A stretch of 64,000 nt of DNA from Isurus oxyrinchus (taxonomy: Eukaryota). The notes below the pieces were generated by a model. The model ran no database searches, was not told the origin of the DNA, and was given only the letters and a program-made list of their open reading frames with translations. Location: NCBI GenBank assembly GCA_026770705.1, contig JANJGN010000052.1, positions 2,418,001 to 2,482,000 of the forward strand. Reading direction: 5' to 3'. Positions 1 through 10,803 of this stretch are shown here, one piece after another (position 1 is the stretch's first letter; each line of letters starts with the position of its first letter). The translations under genes and the position numbers were made by a program.

Positions 1-459
1 GGTGACAGAGATAAAGAGTCAGTTTGTGGCAATGGAGGCATTTCAACACAGTGCTCTGAATTTTATGTTTGTGATGTTGTAGGACCAGGAGTCAGAAAAC
101 ACAGGTGTGAACGGAGAATGGAGTTTGGTGTGAGTTTGCACATTGGGTCACTGCTGAATCTGAACCCAAACAGAGCTCAGTAAGAATCTTAAGATTCTGC
201 TTGAGCTACAACAAACTTGCCTATCTCTGTAACCTCCTCCAGCCCCTACAACCCTCTGAGATCTCTGCTCTCCCCCCGTTCTGCTGTCAGACAGGGAGTC
301 AGTGTATATCAGTGAGCACAGGGGTGATGGGTGAATGGGACTTGGTGTGAGTTTGTACACTGGCTCACTGCTGAATCAGTTCCCAGTCACAGCTCAATAA
401 GAATGATCTTTTACAAAGACTATTAATCATAAATCTGTCCGAGATGACGATGATATTAC

Positions 460-499
460 CTTGGAGAAGTGACAGGAGGAAGTAAGATTTCCCGATCAT
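460..499 (-). CDS. Siglec-like gene 0, signal-peptide exon (MIGKSYFLLSLLQ-); rest of the gene lies left of the window
   Basis: Reverse complement reads cag|...ATGATCGGGAAATCTTACTTCCTCCTGTCACTTCTCCAAG|gtaat, near-identical to the leader exons at 8051, 16549 and 41432; exon about 460-539, phase-1 donor. Confidence 0.8.
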
Positions 500-949
500 T
501 GTCCACTCCCAGATATTCCATCCACTTCTCACTCTCAAACTGTGAAAGAGAAAGGAGTTAATGAGACCTCACCTCTTGTCCGACAGCTCTCGAGAGATCA
601 GAACTGCTTTTAAACAATGTCTTCACAGACTAATTTGATTCTCTGTGGGATGATAGGTGCTCTGCAGAGAGTTACAAGGCTTTAAGAAAGAAAAACAATG
701 AAGGACTTGCATTTCTATAGCACCTTTCACCACCTCAAGACATCCCAAAGCTCATGTCTCTGCACTTCCCTCATCCCTTGAGCTAGAAAGATGTTCTGTG
801 CAACAGACTTGAGTCTCACACCCAGATCTCAATAACCAGTAGAAATCTTTCAAAGGCATCAATCATTGGAATCTGTCTTTATAAAGTCACAACATCAACA
901 AAGGACGGTGTTGGTGGTGGAAGTGAATTCCAATCATTCCGTTACTTAC

Positions 950-1095
950 CCAGGACCTGTCCGACTGCTCGCCTGGGGAGGAACTGCCCACACGCTCTGC
1001 TTGGGCTGAATGACCTCTTCCCGTGCTGCTCCCTCTGTGTGTTTAATTAGAAAGGGTGGATGTGTCACTGTGAGACAAAATGAGGAAGTGGGTAA
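950..1095 (-). promoter_or_regulatory. Gene 0 promoter / non-coding exon 1 with PU.1-type ETS site
   Basis: Inverted copy of the block upstream of genes A, B and C; AAAATGAGGAAGTG at 1077-1090; donor GG|gtaagt ends the exon at 950. Confidence 0.6.
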
Positions 1096-1309
1096 CCAGT
1101 GAGAAGATCGAGGATGTTTTGCGCTCTCAGCAAAACGTTTACCATGTGATGATCTGTCAGCTCATATTTGGGCAGCTGTAGTCATGAAGCTTCTCCATTG
1201 GCTCCGTGGGATTAGACTCCTGCCCCTCACTTCGGAGGCTGAAACTCAGGCGATAAGAGTTCCCAATACAGGTCTCTGGCCTTATGATACATTTCAACGA
1301 TCCCTGATC

Positions 1310-3490
1310 ATTACGGAGGGAGTGCTGCACTGTCAGCGGCACTGTACTGTGGGAGTGCTGCACTGTCAGAGAGTCAGTAATGTGGGAGGGCTGCACTGTC
1401 AGAGGGTCAGTAATGTGGGAGTGCTGCAACATCAGAGGGTCAGTAATGAGGGAGTGCTGCACTATCAGAGGGTAAATAATGTGGGAGTGCTGAACTGTCG
1501 GTGGGTCTGTACTGAGTGGGTTCCGCACAGTTGGAGGGTCAGTATTGAGGGGGTGCCGGACTGTGGGAGGGTTAGTACTGAGGTAGAGTGGAGTGTGAGG
1601 AGATATCCTTTTATGGCAGAGTTTAACTGGAATTTATTTAAACACAATTCTTGTACTGTGTGTTATTGCAAAAGAAAGGATTTGAGGAACTAAGTCTTGT
1701 TCCCGTAAGCCTAAAAATAATTTTCACGGATTTCAATGATTTAGCATTGAAACCTCGCTCTTTGGGCACCAGTCTTGATTGAAACAACTCGCACAGCACA
1801 GTGGGAGGGTGAGTACTGAGGGTGTGCTGCACTGTGGGAGGGTGAGTACTGAGCGCGGGCTCACTGTGGGAGTGTGAGTACTGAGGGAGTGCTGCACTGT
1901 GGGAGACTGAGTACTGAGAGAGTGCTGCACTGTCAGAGGATCAGTAATGAGGGAGTGCTGCACTGTCAGAGGGTCAGTAATGTGGGAGGGCTGCACTGTC
2001 AGAGGGTCAGTAGTGTGGGAGGTCTGCACTGTCAGAGGGTCATTAATGTGGGAGGGCTGCACTGTCAGAGGGTCAGTAATGTGGGAGGTCTGCACTGTCA
2101 GATGGTCAGTAATGAGGGAGTGCTGCACTGTCAGAGGGTCAGTAATGTGGGAGGGCTGCACTGTCAGAGGGTCAGTAATGTGGGAGGTCTGCACTGTCAG
2201 GTGGTCAGTAATGAGGGAGTGCTGCACTATCAGAGGGTCAGTAATGTGGGAGGGCTGCACTGTCAGAGGGTCAGTAATGTGGGAGGGCTGCACTGTCAGA
2301 GGGTCAGTAATGTGGGAGGTCTGCACTGTCAGGTGGTCAGTAATGTGGGAGGGCTGCACTGTCAGAGGGTCAGTAATGTGGGAGTGCTGCACTGTCGGAG
2401 GGTCTGTACTGAGTGAGTTCCGCACAGTTGGAGGGTCAGTATTGAGGGGGTGCCGGACTGTGGGAGGGTTAGTCCGGGGTTTGATTATTGATTCTGAACG
2501 GCGTTTGATTATTGATACTGAACGGGGTTTGATTATTGACATTGAACGGGGTTTGATTATTGATTCTAAACGGTGTTTGATTATTGATTCTAAACGTTGT
2601 TTGATTATTGAACCTGAATGGAGTTTGATTATTGATTCTGAACGGGGTTTGATTATTGATCCTGAAAGGGGTTTGATTATGGATTCTGAACGGGGTTTGA
2701 TTATGGATTCTGAACGGGGTTTGATTATTGATTCTGAAAGGGGTTTGATTATTGATACTGAACGGGGTTTGATTATTTGTGTTATTGCAAAAGAAAGGAT
2801 TTGAGGAACTAAGTCTTGTTCCCGTAAGCCTAAAAATAATTTTCACGGATTTCAATGATTAAGCAATGAAACCTCCCTCTTTGGGCACCAGTCTTGATTG
2901 AAACAACTCGCACAGCACTTCGGGAGAGTGAGTACTGAGGGAGGGCTGAACTGTGGGAGGGTGAGTCCTGAGGGAGTGCTGCACTGTGGGAGGGTGAGAA
3001 TTGAGGGAGTGCTGCACTGTGGGAGGGGGAGTACTGAGGGAGTGCTGCACAGTGGGAGGGGGAGTACTGAGGGAATGCTGCACTTCGGGAGAGTGAGTAC
3101 TGAGGGAGGGCTGCACTGTGGGAGGGTGTGTACAGAGGGAGTGCTGCACTGTGGGAGCGTCAGTACTGAGGGAGTGCTGAACTGTCGGAAGGTCAGTAGT
3201 GAGGGAGGGATACAGTATCAGAGGATCAGTACTGATGGAATGCTGCACTGTGGGTGAGTGAGTACTGAGGGAGTGCTGCACTGTGGGTGGGTGAGTACTG
3301 AGGGAGTGCTGCACTGCCAGATTGTCATCCATGAGGGAGTGCTGCACTGTCAGAAGGTCAGTGCTGACGGGGTGCTGCACTTGAAAAGGGTCAATAATGA
3401 GGTAGTGCAGCACTGTCAGAGGGACAGTAATGAGGGAGCGCTGCACTGACGGAGGGTCAGCACTGAGGAAACGCTGCACTGTCAGTTCTG
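1310..3490. repeat. 33-bp satellite (ACTGAGGGAGTGCTGCACTGTCAGAGGGTCAGT variants) with interspersed duplicated unique blocks
   Basis: Direct reading; gives 11-aa periodic ORFs (EGVLHCQRVST / DPLTVQHSLST). Confidence 0.9.
2474..2778. repeat. 24-bp minisatellite (AACGGGGTTTGATTATTGATTCTG), about 12-13 copies
   Basis: Direct reading; 8-aa periodic ORF SERGLIID. Confidence 0.9.
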
Positions 3491-4309
3491 AGCGTGGTCT
3501 GCACTGTCCTAAGTGCATTCTAGGCACTGCCCAAGGTTCCGCCTGATGTCCGTGTAACAACAACATCATGTACACGTCGAGAATATTTCTCAGTTTGGTG
3601 CAGCAAGACAGTTTTGGAATGGCACCACCACTGGCAGGAGTGTGAAACTACAATGTGACATGTTTACATGGGAAATTTCTATTATAAAGATGGGCACAGG
3701 AATTTGTATGATAGAACAAATGTGACAACATGAAGTAATGTCTTTGAGCCAAAAATATTTTGTTAAACAGCGAAACGAACAACAATCTGGGAAACAGGGA
3801 AACAATTTGTTTGGAGATTTGAGAAATTCTCTGCAGCTTAGAGGATAACAGATGTGCTACAGTGCCAGCAATGATGGGAGTTCATCAGTACAACGTGACA
3901 TGTTTACATTGATATAGCCAATGAACATAGGAAATTATGATGTGAAAAATTGGTTGCAGGTTTATCTTCTTCAATATGTCATGGATGGATGAGACAGCTT
4001 TGATAACAGAATGAGATACAGCTGCAATAAACCTCAATTTTAGTCTTTCACACTTGGAGAGTACAATTAGCATCCATCCTGATGGCTGAGTGGATGGGTG
4101 GACTGTGCGATGTGTTACAGATTACAGAAACCAACATCCTTGATCCTGGTTCCGCTCTGTGTTTGATGAGATGCTTGTATCAAAGATTGGGAAAATAAAT
4201 AATCCTCCTGCATTGATCTGTATCTGGTCTCTCCCTCTATCAATGTCCTGAGGACAGAATTGGGTTCCATGTCCAAAATCAGACACATGCTTTGACTGCC
4301 CATTGAATC

Positions 4310-6720
4310 GGAACAGGAGGAGGCCATTCAGCCCCCTCGAGCCTGCTACACAGGAACAAGAGGGCACCTGAAACAAAAACAGAAATGCTGGAGAAACTGA
4401 GTAGGTCTGGCAGAATCTGTGCAGAGATAAACAGAATTAACATTTCGAGTCCGTATGACCCTTCTTCAGAGTCTCAAAGCAAAAACTCTGTTTCTCTCTC
4501 CACAGCTGCTGCCAGACCTGCTGAGTTAATGCAGCATTTTCTGTTTTTATTTCAGATTTACAGCATCTGCAGTATTTATTTTTAATGACAGGAGGACATT
4601 CAGCCTCTTGATCCTGTTACACAGGAACAGCAGGAGGCCATTCAGCCCCCTCGAGCCTGTTACACAGGAACAGGAGGAGGCCCCATTCAGCCCCCTCGAG
4701 CCTGTTACACAGGAACAGGAGGAGGCCCATTCAGCCCCTCAAGCCTGTTACACAGGAACAGGAGGAGGTCCATTCAGCCCCTCGAGCCTATTACACAGGA
4801 ACAGGAGGAGGCCCATTCAGGCCCTCGAGCTTGTTACACAGGAACAGGAGGAGGCCCATTCAGCCCCTCGAGCCTGTTGCACAGGAACAGGAGGAGGCCC
4901 ATTCAGCCACTCAATCCTGTTACATGAGGACAGGAGAAGGCCCATCAGCCTCATGAGCCTATTACACAGGAACGGGAAGAGGACATTCAGTCCCTCAACA
5001 CCCTTCCACAGGAACAGGAGAGACTCTCAGCCCCTCGAGCCTGTTACACAGGAAAAGGAGGAGTCCTATTCAGCCCCATAGAGCCTGTAACACAGGAACA
5101 GGAGGAGGCCATTCAGTCACCTGAGCCTGTTACCCAGGATCAGGAAGAGCACATTCAGTCTCTCAACCCTCTTACACAGGAATAGGAAACCTATTCAGTC
5201 CCTCGTGCCTGTTTTACAGGATCAAGAGGAGGCCCATTCTGTCCCCTCAAGCCTGTTACACAGGAACAGGAGGAGGCCCATTCAGCCCCCTCGAGCCTGT
5301 TACACAGGAACAGGAGGAGGCCCATTCTGTCCCCTTGAGCCTGTTACACAGGAAGAGGAGGCCCATTCAGCCTCCACAAGCTTGTTACACAGGAACATTA
5401 GGGGCTTCATTCAGCCACTCAAGCCTGTTCCACATGAACGGGAACAAAAACAAAAATAGCTGGAAAAACTCAGCAGGTCTGACAGGATCTGCGGAGAGGA
5501 ACACACTTGACGTTTTGGGTCTGTATGACTCTTCATCAGAACTAAAGGAATCGAGAAATGAGGTGACGTTTTAGCTGGTAGAGGGGGGGTGGGACAGGTA
5601 GAGCTGGATTGTGGGCCAGTGATAGGTGGAGGTAAAGAAGAGGTTGCCAAAGATGTGATAGACAAAAGGACAAAGGGGTGTTGATGGTGGTGATATTATC
5701 TGAGGAATGTGCTAATGGGGACATTAAGGGTAGAAAGCAGGACGAGCAAGAGACAGATAGTCCTAGTGGGGGTGGGGTGGGGGGAAAGGATTGAAATAGG
5801 CTAAAAGGTAGAGATACAACAACAGATGTAAAACATTTAAAAATAATGGAAATAGGTGGGAAAAGAAAAATATATGAATAAGAAAAATATTAAAAATGAT
5901 AAATTATTGGAAAAAGGGAGATTGGAAAGGGGGTGGGGATGGAGGAGAGAGTTCATGATCTGAAAGTGTTGAACTCAATATTCAGTCCGGAAGGCTGTAA
6001 AGTGCCTAGTCGGAAGATGAGGTGTTGTTCCTCCAGTTTGCGTTGGGCTTCACTGGAACAATGCAGCAGGCCAAGGACGGACATGTGGGCATGAGAGCAG
6101 GGTGGGGTGTTAAAATGGCAAGCGACAGGGAGGTCTGGGTCATGCTTGTGGACAGACCGAAGGTGTTCATGAGAGCGATCACCCAGTCTGTGTTTGGTCT
6201 GTCCCATGTAGAGGAGACCACATTGGGAGCAGTGAAGGCAGTAGATTAAATTGAGGGAAGTGCAAGTGAAATGCTGCTTCCAATGATGCTCCTAATGTAC
6301 TCGAGCCTGGTACACAGGAACTGGGGAAGGCCAATTCAGCCCCTTTAGCCTTTTACACAGGAACAGGAGGAGGCCCACTCAGCCCCTCGAGCCTATAACA
6401 CAGGAACAGGAGGAGGCCCACTCAGCCCCTCGAGCCTATAACACAGGAACAGGAGGAGGCCCACTCAGCCCCATGAGCCTGGTACACACTGAGAGAAGGA
6501 GGCCATTCAGCCCACCTGAGCCTGTTGCACAGGAAAAGGAGACCCATTCAGTCCCTTGAGCCTATAACACAGGAACAGGAGGAGACCCATTCAGCCCTCT
6601 CAAGCCTGTTACACAGGAACAGGAGGAGGCCCGTTCAGCCCCTCGAGCCTGTTACTCAGGAACAGGAAGAGGCCCATTCAGTCCCTCGAGCTTGTTGCAT
6701 GTGAACAGTCGATGGCCCTT
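4310..6720. repeat. ~43-bp minisatellite (AGGAGGAGGCCCATTCAGCCCCTCGAGCCTGTTACACAGGAAC), resembling a CR1/SINE 3' tail, split by a Penelope-like insertion
   Basis: Direct reading at 4310-4360, 4590-5440 and 6300-6720. Confidence 0.85.
5445..6285 (-). mobile_element. Penelope-like element fragment (GIY-YIG endonuclease C-terminus and tail)
   Basis: ORF 5953-6207: TKHRLGDRSHEHLRSV...PVACHFN...RKLEEQHLIFRLGTLQPSGLN, typical of Penelope-like endonucleases. Confidence 0.8.
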
Positions 6721-6789
6721 CAACCACATTCTTGGCACGCAAAGGGTTAACTGTTTTCTAACTGTGCGAGGCAAAGAGCTGCTTTCTCA

Positions 6790-6941
6790 CTTGGTACCAA
6801 GCACTTCCTCATTTTGACTCACAGAGACACATCCACCTTTCTAATTAAATACACAGAGGGAGCAGCACAGGAAGAGGTCATTCAGGCCAAGCAGAGCGTG
6901 TAGGCAGTTCCTCCCCAGGCGAGCAGTCGGACAGGTCCTGG
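6790..6941 (+). promoter_or_regulatory. Extra upstream copy of the promoter / exon-1 block of gene A (possible alternative first exon)
   Basis: Same sequence as 7450-7600, with ACTTCCTCATTTT (6803-6815), TGACTCA and an intact G|gtaagt donor at 6942. Confidence 0.6.
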
Positions 6942-7019
6942 GTAAGTAACAGAACGATTGGAAATCACGGGGGGAGTTCTGAGGGCTCCTAATCCATTGT
7001 CCTGTCTTGTAAATCAGCA

Positions 7020-7235
7020 CCTTAATACTGACCCTTCAACAGTGCGGCACTCCCTCAGTACTGATCCTCCAACATTGCAGCACTCCCTGATTAATGTCCC
7101 CCTGACAGTGCAGCACTCCCTCAGTACTGACCCTCAAACAGTGGAGATCTCCCTCAGTACTGACCTTACAATAGTGCAACACTCGCTCAGTAATGACCAT
7201 CCGACAGTGCAGCACTTGCTCAGTACTGACACTGG
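7020..7235. repeat. 33-bp satellite patch (opposite orientation)
   Basis: CAGTGCAGCACTCCCTCAGTACTGACC units. Confidence 0.8.
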
Positions 7236-7449
7236 GGAGTTTCAGTCTACTCTGTGGGGCAGATGTCCCCTGAATGGGGTCTTGAATCCCACAACATTCT
7301 GACCCCCTGAATTTGGCTGTGAAACCCACTGACCCACAGGAGAAACTCCTGGTCAATGACTGTCCACCTGTGAGCAGAAATATCACCACAGGGTCAGGAC
7401 ACAAAGGGTTAACAGTTCACCAACATCTCAAAACATGAGCTGCTCTGTC

Positions 7450-7600
7450 ACTTTGATCCAACTTCCTCATTTTGTCTCACAGAGACACATCAATCCTTTC
7501 TAATTAAACACACAGAGGGAGCAGCACAGGAAGAGGTCATTCAGCCCAAGCAGAGCGTGTGGGCAGTTCCTCCCCAGGCGAGCAGTCGGACAGGTCCTGG
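7450..7600 (+). promoter_or_regulatory. Gene A promoter / non-coding exon 1
   Basis: ETS/PU.1 motif ACTTCCTCATTTT at 7461-7473; donor GG|gtaagt at 7601; conserved in all paralogs. Confidence 0.6.
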
Positions 7601-8050
7601 GTAAGTAACGGAACGATTGGAATTCACTTCCACCACCAACACCGTCCTTTGTTGATGTTGTGACTTTATAAAGACAGATTCCAATGATTGATGCCTTTGA
7701 AAGATTTCTACTGATTATTGAGATCTGGGTGTGAGGCTCAAGTCTGTTGTACAGAACATCTTTCTAGCTCAAGGGATGAGGGAACTGCAGAGACATGAGC
7801 TTTGGGACATCCTGAGATAGTGAAAGATGCTATAGAAATGCAAATCAATCATTGTTTGTCTTACTTAAAGCCTTGTAACTCTCTGCAGAGCACCTATCAT
7901 CCCACAGAGAATCAAATTAGTCTGTGAAGACATTGTCTAAAAGCAGTTCTGATCTCTCGAGAGCTGTCGGACAAGAGGTGAGGTCTCATTAACTCCTTTC
8001 GCTTTCACAGCTTGAGAGTGAGAAGTGGATGGAATATCTGGGAGTGGACG

Positions 8051-8090
8051 ATGGTCGGGAAATCTTACTTCCTCCTGTCACTTCTCCAAG
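8051..8090 (+). CDS. Gene A leader exon (MVGKSYFLLSLLQ-)
   Basis: Acceptor ttcacag|8011; ATG 8051; CAAG|gtaat. Confidence 0.8.
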
Positions 8091-8794
8091 GTAATATCAT
8101 CATCAGCTCGGACAGATATATGTTTAACAGTCTTTGTAAAAGATCATTCTTATCTCTTTATCTCTGTAACCTCCTGCAACTCACCCAAACAACTTCCCAG
8201 ATCTCTGTGTTACTCCAATTCCGGCCTCTTGACCATCCCTCGATTCCCATCACTCCAATACTGGCGGCCGGGCCTTCAGCTGCCTGGGGCCTGAGCTCTG
8301 GAATTCACTCGCTAAACCTCGGCGATGGAGGAGCTCAGAGGGTTTCATTTTACTGAGAATCACCACGACCACATCACAGCTGCAGTGAGAATAGACAGAG
8401 AGTCCAGCCCTCACACTTCCTGCACAGTTTCACCATAGCAACCACAATATGGAAATTTAAAAATAACTGAAAGTTAAACTGAAGCTCAAACCAGTCAGTG
8501 TAGAGAGATGAGATGTTTACACAGTTTCCCTGTGTGTCTTGTAGACACTGTGTTGGGTGGAAGACTGGCTTCACTAAACAGGGTCCTGAGGACCATGAGC
8601 CAATGTAGAATGAACTTGTCCACTCCTGTGTCCAGGATTCTCTTCCATCCATTGTGAAACCTTGGGGAGTTCCATGTGTGTCCTGTAGATGGTCCACACT
8701 GCAGCCACTGTGCCCCAGTGATGGAGGGGGTGGATATCGAGTCTAGTGGATCTACAAACCTTCCAGAGTTAAATATTGACATTTCTCTCTCCAG

Positions 8795-9171
8795 TTGGAC
8801 TGTCACAAGAGTGGAAAGGCGACACTCCACGAGAGGTGGCAGCGCAGGAAGGTTCCTGTGTACAGATTCCATGTCATTACAGTTAATCATCACATTTCGT
8901 AGGGAGATCACGTGTCGGAATCTGGTTGAAAGGAATAGATGGGAACCCTACAGCCTAAATGGTCTATAGCCTTTCATTCCGAGGGTCACAGTCACAGGGA
9001 TCAAAGATTCCGCCATCGTACCCGGCTGTCTGGAGACCTGAAAGATGGCGACTGTTCCCTGATTATAAACAACATCAGACAGAAAGATGCAGGACCTTAT
9101 TTTTTTCAGAATAGAATTTGACAGCAGGAATAGTTAAAGCTACTATCCTGTAACCCAGCTTCACGTTTCTG
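8795..9171 (+). pseudogene. Gene A V-set exon, disabled
   Basis: In-frame TAA at 8884-8886 (TAT in paralogs); frameshift near 8930-8950; extra T in the poly-T before the essential Arg codon (~9100-9107); further TAA near 9135. Confidence 0.9.
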
Positions 9172-10030
9172 GTAAGTGCTGTGTTATAATTACTCACCAA
9201 TTCACATTCAACACTCAATGGGAAATAACACAAACTGTGACATTTACATATTAACACAAAACACAGTTTATTATAACACACTGTCTGATTCTCAATAACC
9301 TGGTGATAGCTTCCAGTTCAGTCCTAAAGCAACCTCTAATACTCACTTTAATATCAATGATGAAAAGCATTAACTGTATTATCAGGTTATCCATTCCCAT
9401 CAATCTCTCCTGTCCTGTTTAAAAGTCTGACGTATCGATAAAAGAAAGATGTGCATTTCTGCAGCGCAATTTACCACCTCAGGAGGATCCAAATCCCTTC
9501 ACAGCCAATGAAATTATTCCTGAATTGTAGTCACAGATGTTAAACACAGCAGGCAGTTTGTGCACAGCAAGATCCAACAAACCACAAGGTGATAAATCAC
9601 CCAGATCACTGAGGAAATGAGAGGCCAGTGAACCCTAACCTCTGGTCTGATGAAGAGTCATACGGACTCGAAACGTTAACCCTGGCTTCCTCTCCACTGA
9701 TACTGTCAGATCTGCTGGGCCTTTCCAGCAATTTTTGTTTTTGTTTCAGATTTCCAGCATCCACAGTATTCTGCTTTTAACTCCAATCTCTGGTCTGAGC
9801 CTCTTCTCTCATCCAGTGTTCTCAATTCACATGTCTCGGAGTGAACGTGTATTAAGCTGAGAGACAGAAACACTACTGCCAAAGAGCAAGAAAATCTTTC
9901 CTGATCATTGTAACCTCTCAGTTCTGATATCATCCTTGTAAAAGTGCTTTCTCTTGTGGGACTGTGATTTCTATTTGAACTGATGCTTCACGTTATATTT
10001 CTCTAAAAGGATCCATTCTCTGTCTGTTAG

Positions 10031-10327
10031 AATTCACAGATAAACCCATGATATTCCCTGCTGAAATTATTGCAGGAAAGCGTGTGGATGTAAGCTGCAC
10101 CTTCAATACAACGTGCAATGGAACAGCAGCACCTGTCTTAACCTGGGACACTCCCACTGACGTACCTGGATCAGTCTCAAACACTGTAACTCAGCATGGT
10201 GTCACTCTGACCTATACTTCTGTTCTGACCCTGATCCCATCACTCAAACACCACGGACACAATCTCAGCTGCAGAGTGAGATATCCATCTGTTTCATCGG
10301 AGCGGACCCTTGTACTAACTGTGCAAG
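10031..10327 (+). CDS. Gene A C2-set exon (domain 2), open frame
   Basis: ag|...FTDKPMIFPAEIIAGKRVDVSCTFNTTCNG...LSCRVRY...LVLTVQ G|gtaag; 297 nt; extra BC-loop Cys typical of Siglec domain 2. Confidence 0.8.
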
Positions 10328-10650
10328 GTAAGTACGGACACCCTTCATTCTACATCAGCACTCCCTCAGTGCTGACCCTCTGACAGTGCAGCCCGTTCTC
10401 AGTATCCACATTCTCATGCCTCTCAAAGTGCTTCACAGTCGATAGAAGTTAATTGATCTTTATTTGATTATTGCTGAATGAAGAGACAAGCTGTCTAAAC
10501 TTTACATCTCGCACACACCATTCTCCATGGCAACACCGCCACCTATCAGAGACCACTTGCCAACCAATCAGCACTCTCTTCCCATTAAGTATAAATTGTT
10601 GTTCACTTTCTGTCGGTAATCCTGTGAACGGGGTTCTTGATTCCCTCCCT

Positions 10651-10803
10651 GACATCTTAATGTCCCAATGAACAGAACAAGTTCCAACAATGAGCTGTGG
10701 TTTGTGATTCCTCACGTTACATCCAGGGACACTGGAGACTATCAGTGTGTGGCAGAGAATGAACATGGAGCAGTGGAGGGATTCATAACCATCACTGTGG
10801 AAC
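10651..10803 (+). pseudogene. Gene A: 3' half only of the 282-bp Ig exon
   Basis: HLNVPMNRTSSNNELW...YQCVAENEHGAVEGFITITVE|gtgagt present; acceptor and first Cys replaced by unrelated sequence. Confidence 0.85.

Larger units (their letters stand above)
230..3757 (-). repeat. Left arm of a ~3-3.5 kb inverted segmental duplication (partner ~13773-16815)
   Basis: Unique segments are reverse complements, e.g. 3490-3757 vs 13773-14040 and 230-1310 vs 15730-16815; matching ORFs appear on opposite strands in the track. Confidence 0.9.

Noticed and set aside
1157-3575. Long ORFs with 11-aa and 8-aa periodicity (also 13923-15475 and 57132-57980)
   Set aside because: Translations of 33-bp and 24-bp satellites that are open in several frames on both strands; no splice or domain context
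4590-6720. Regularly repeated 43-mer resembling a CRISPR array
   Set aside because: Head-to-tail repeats without unique spacers, in eukaryotic DNA with no cas genes
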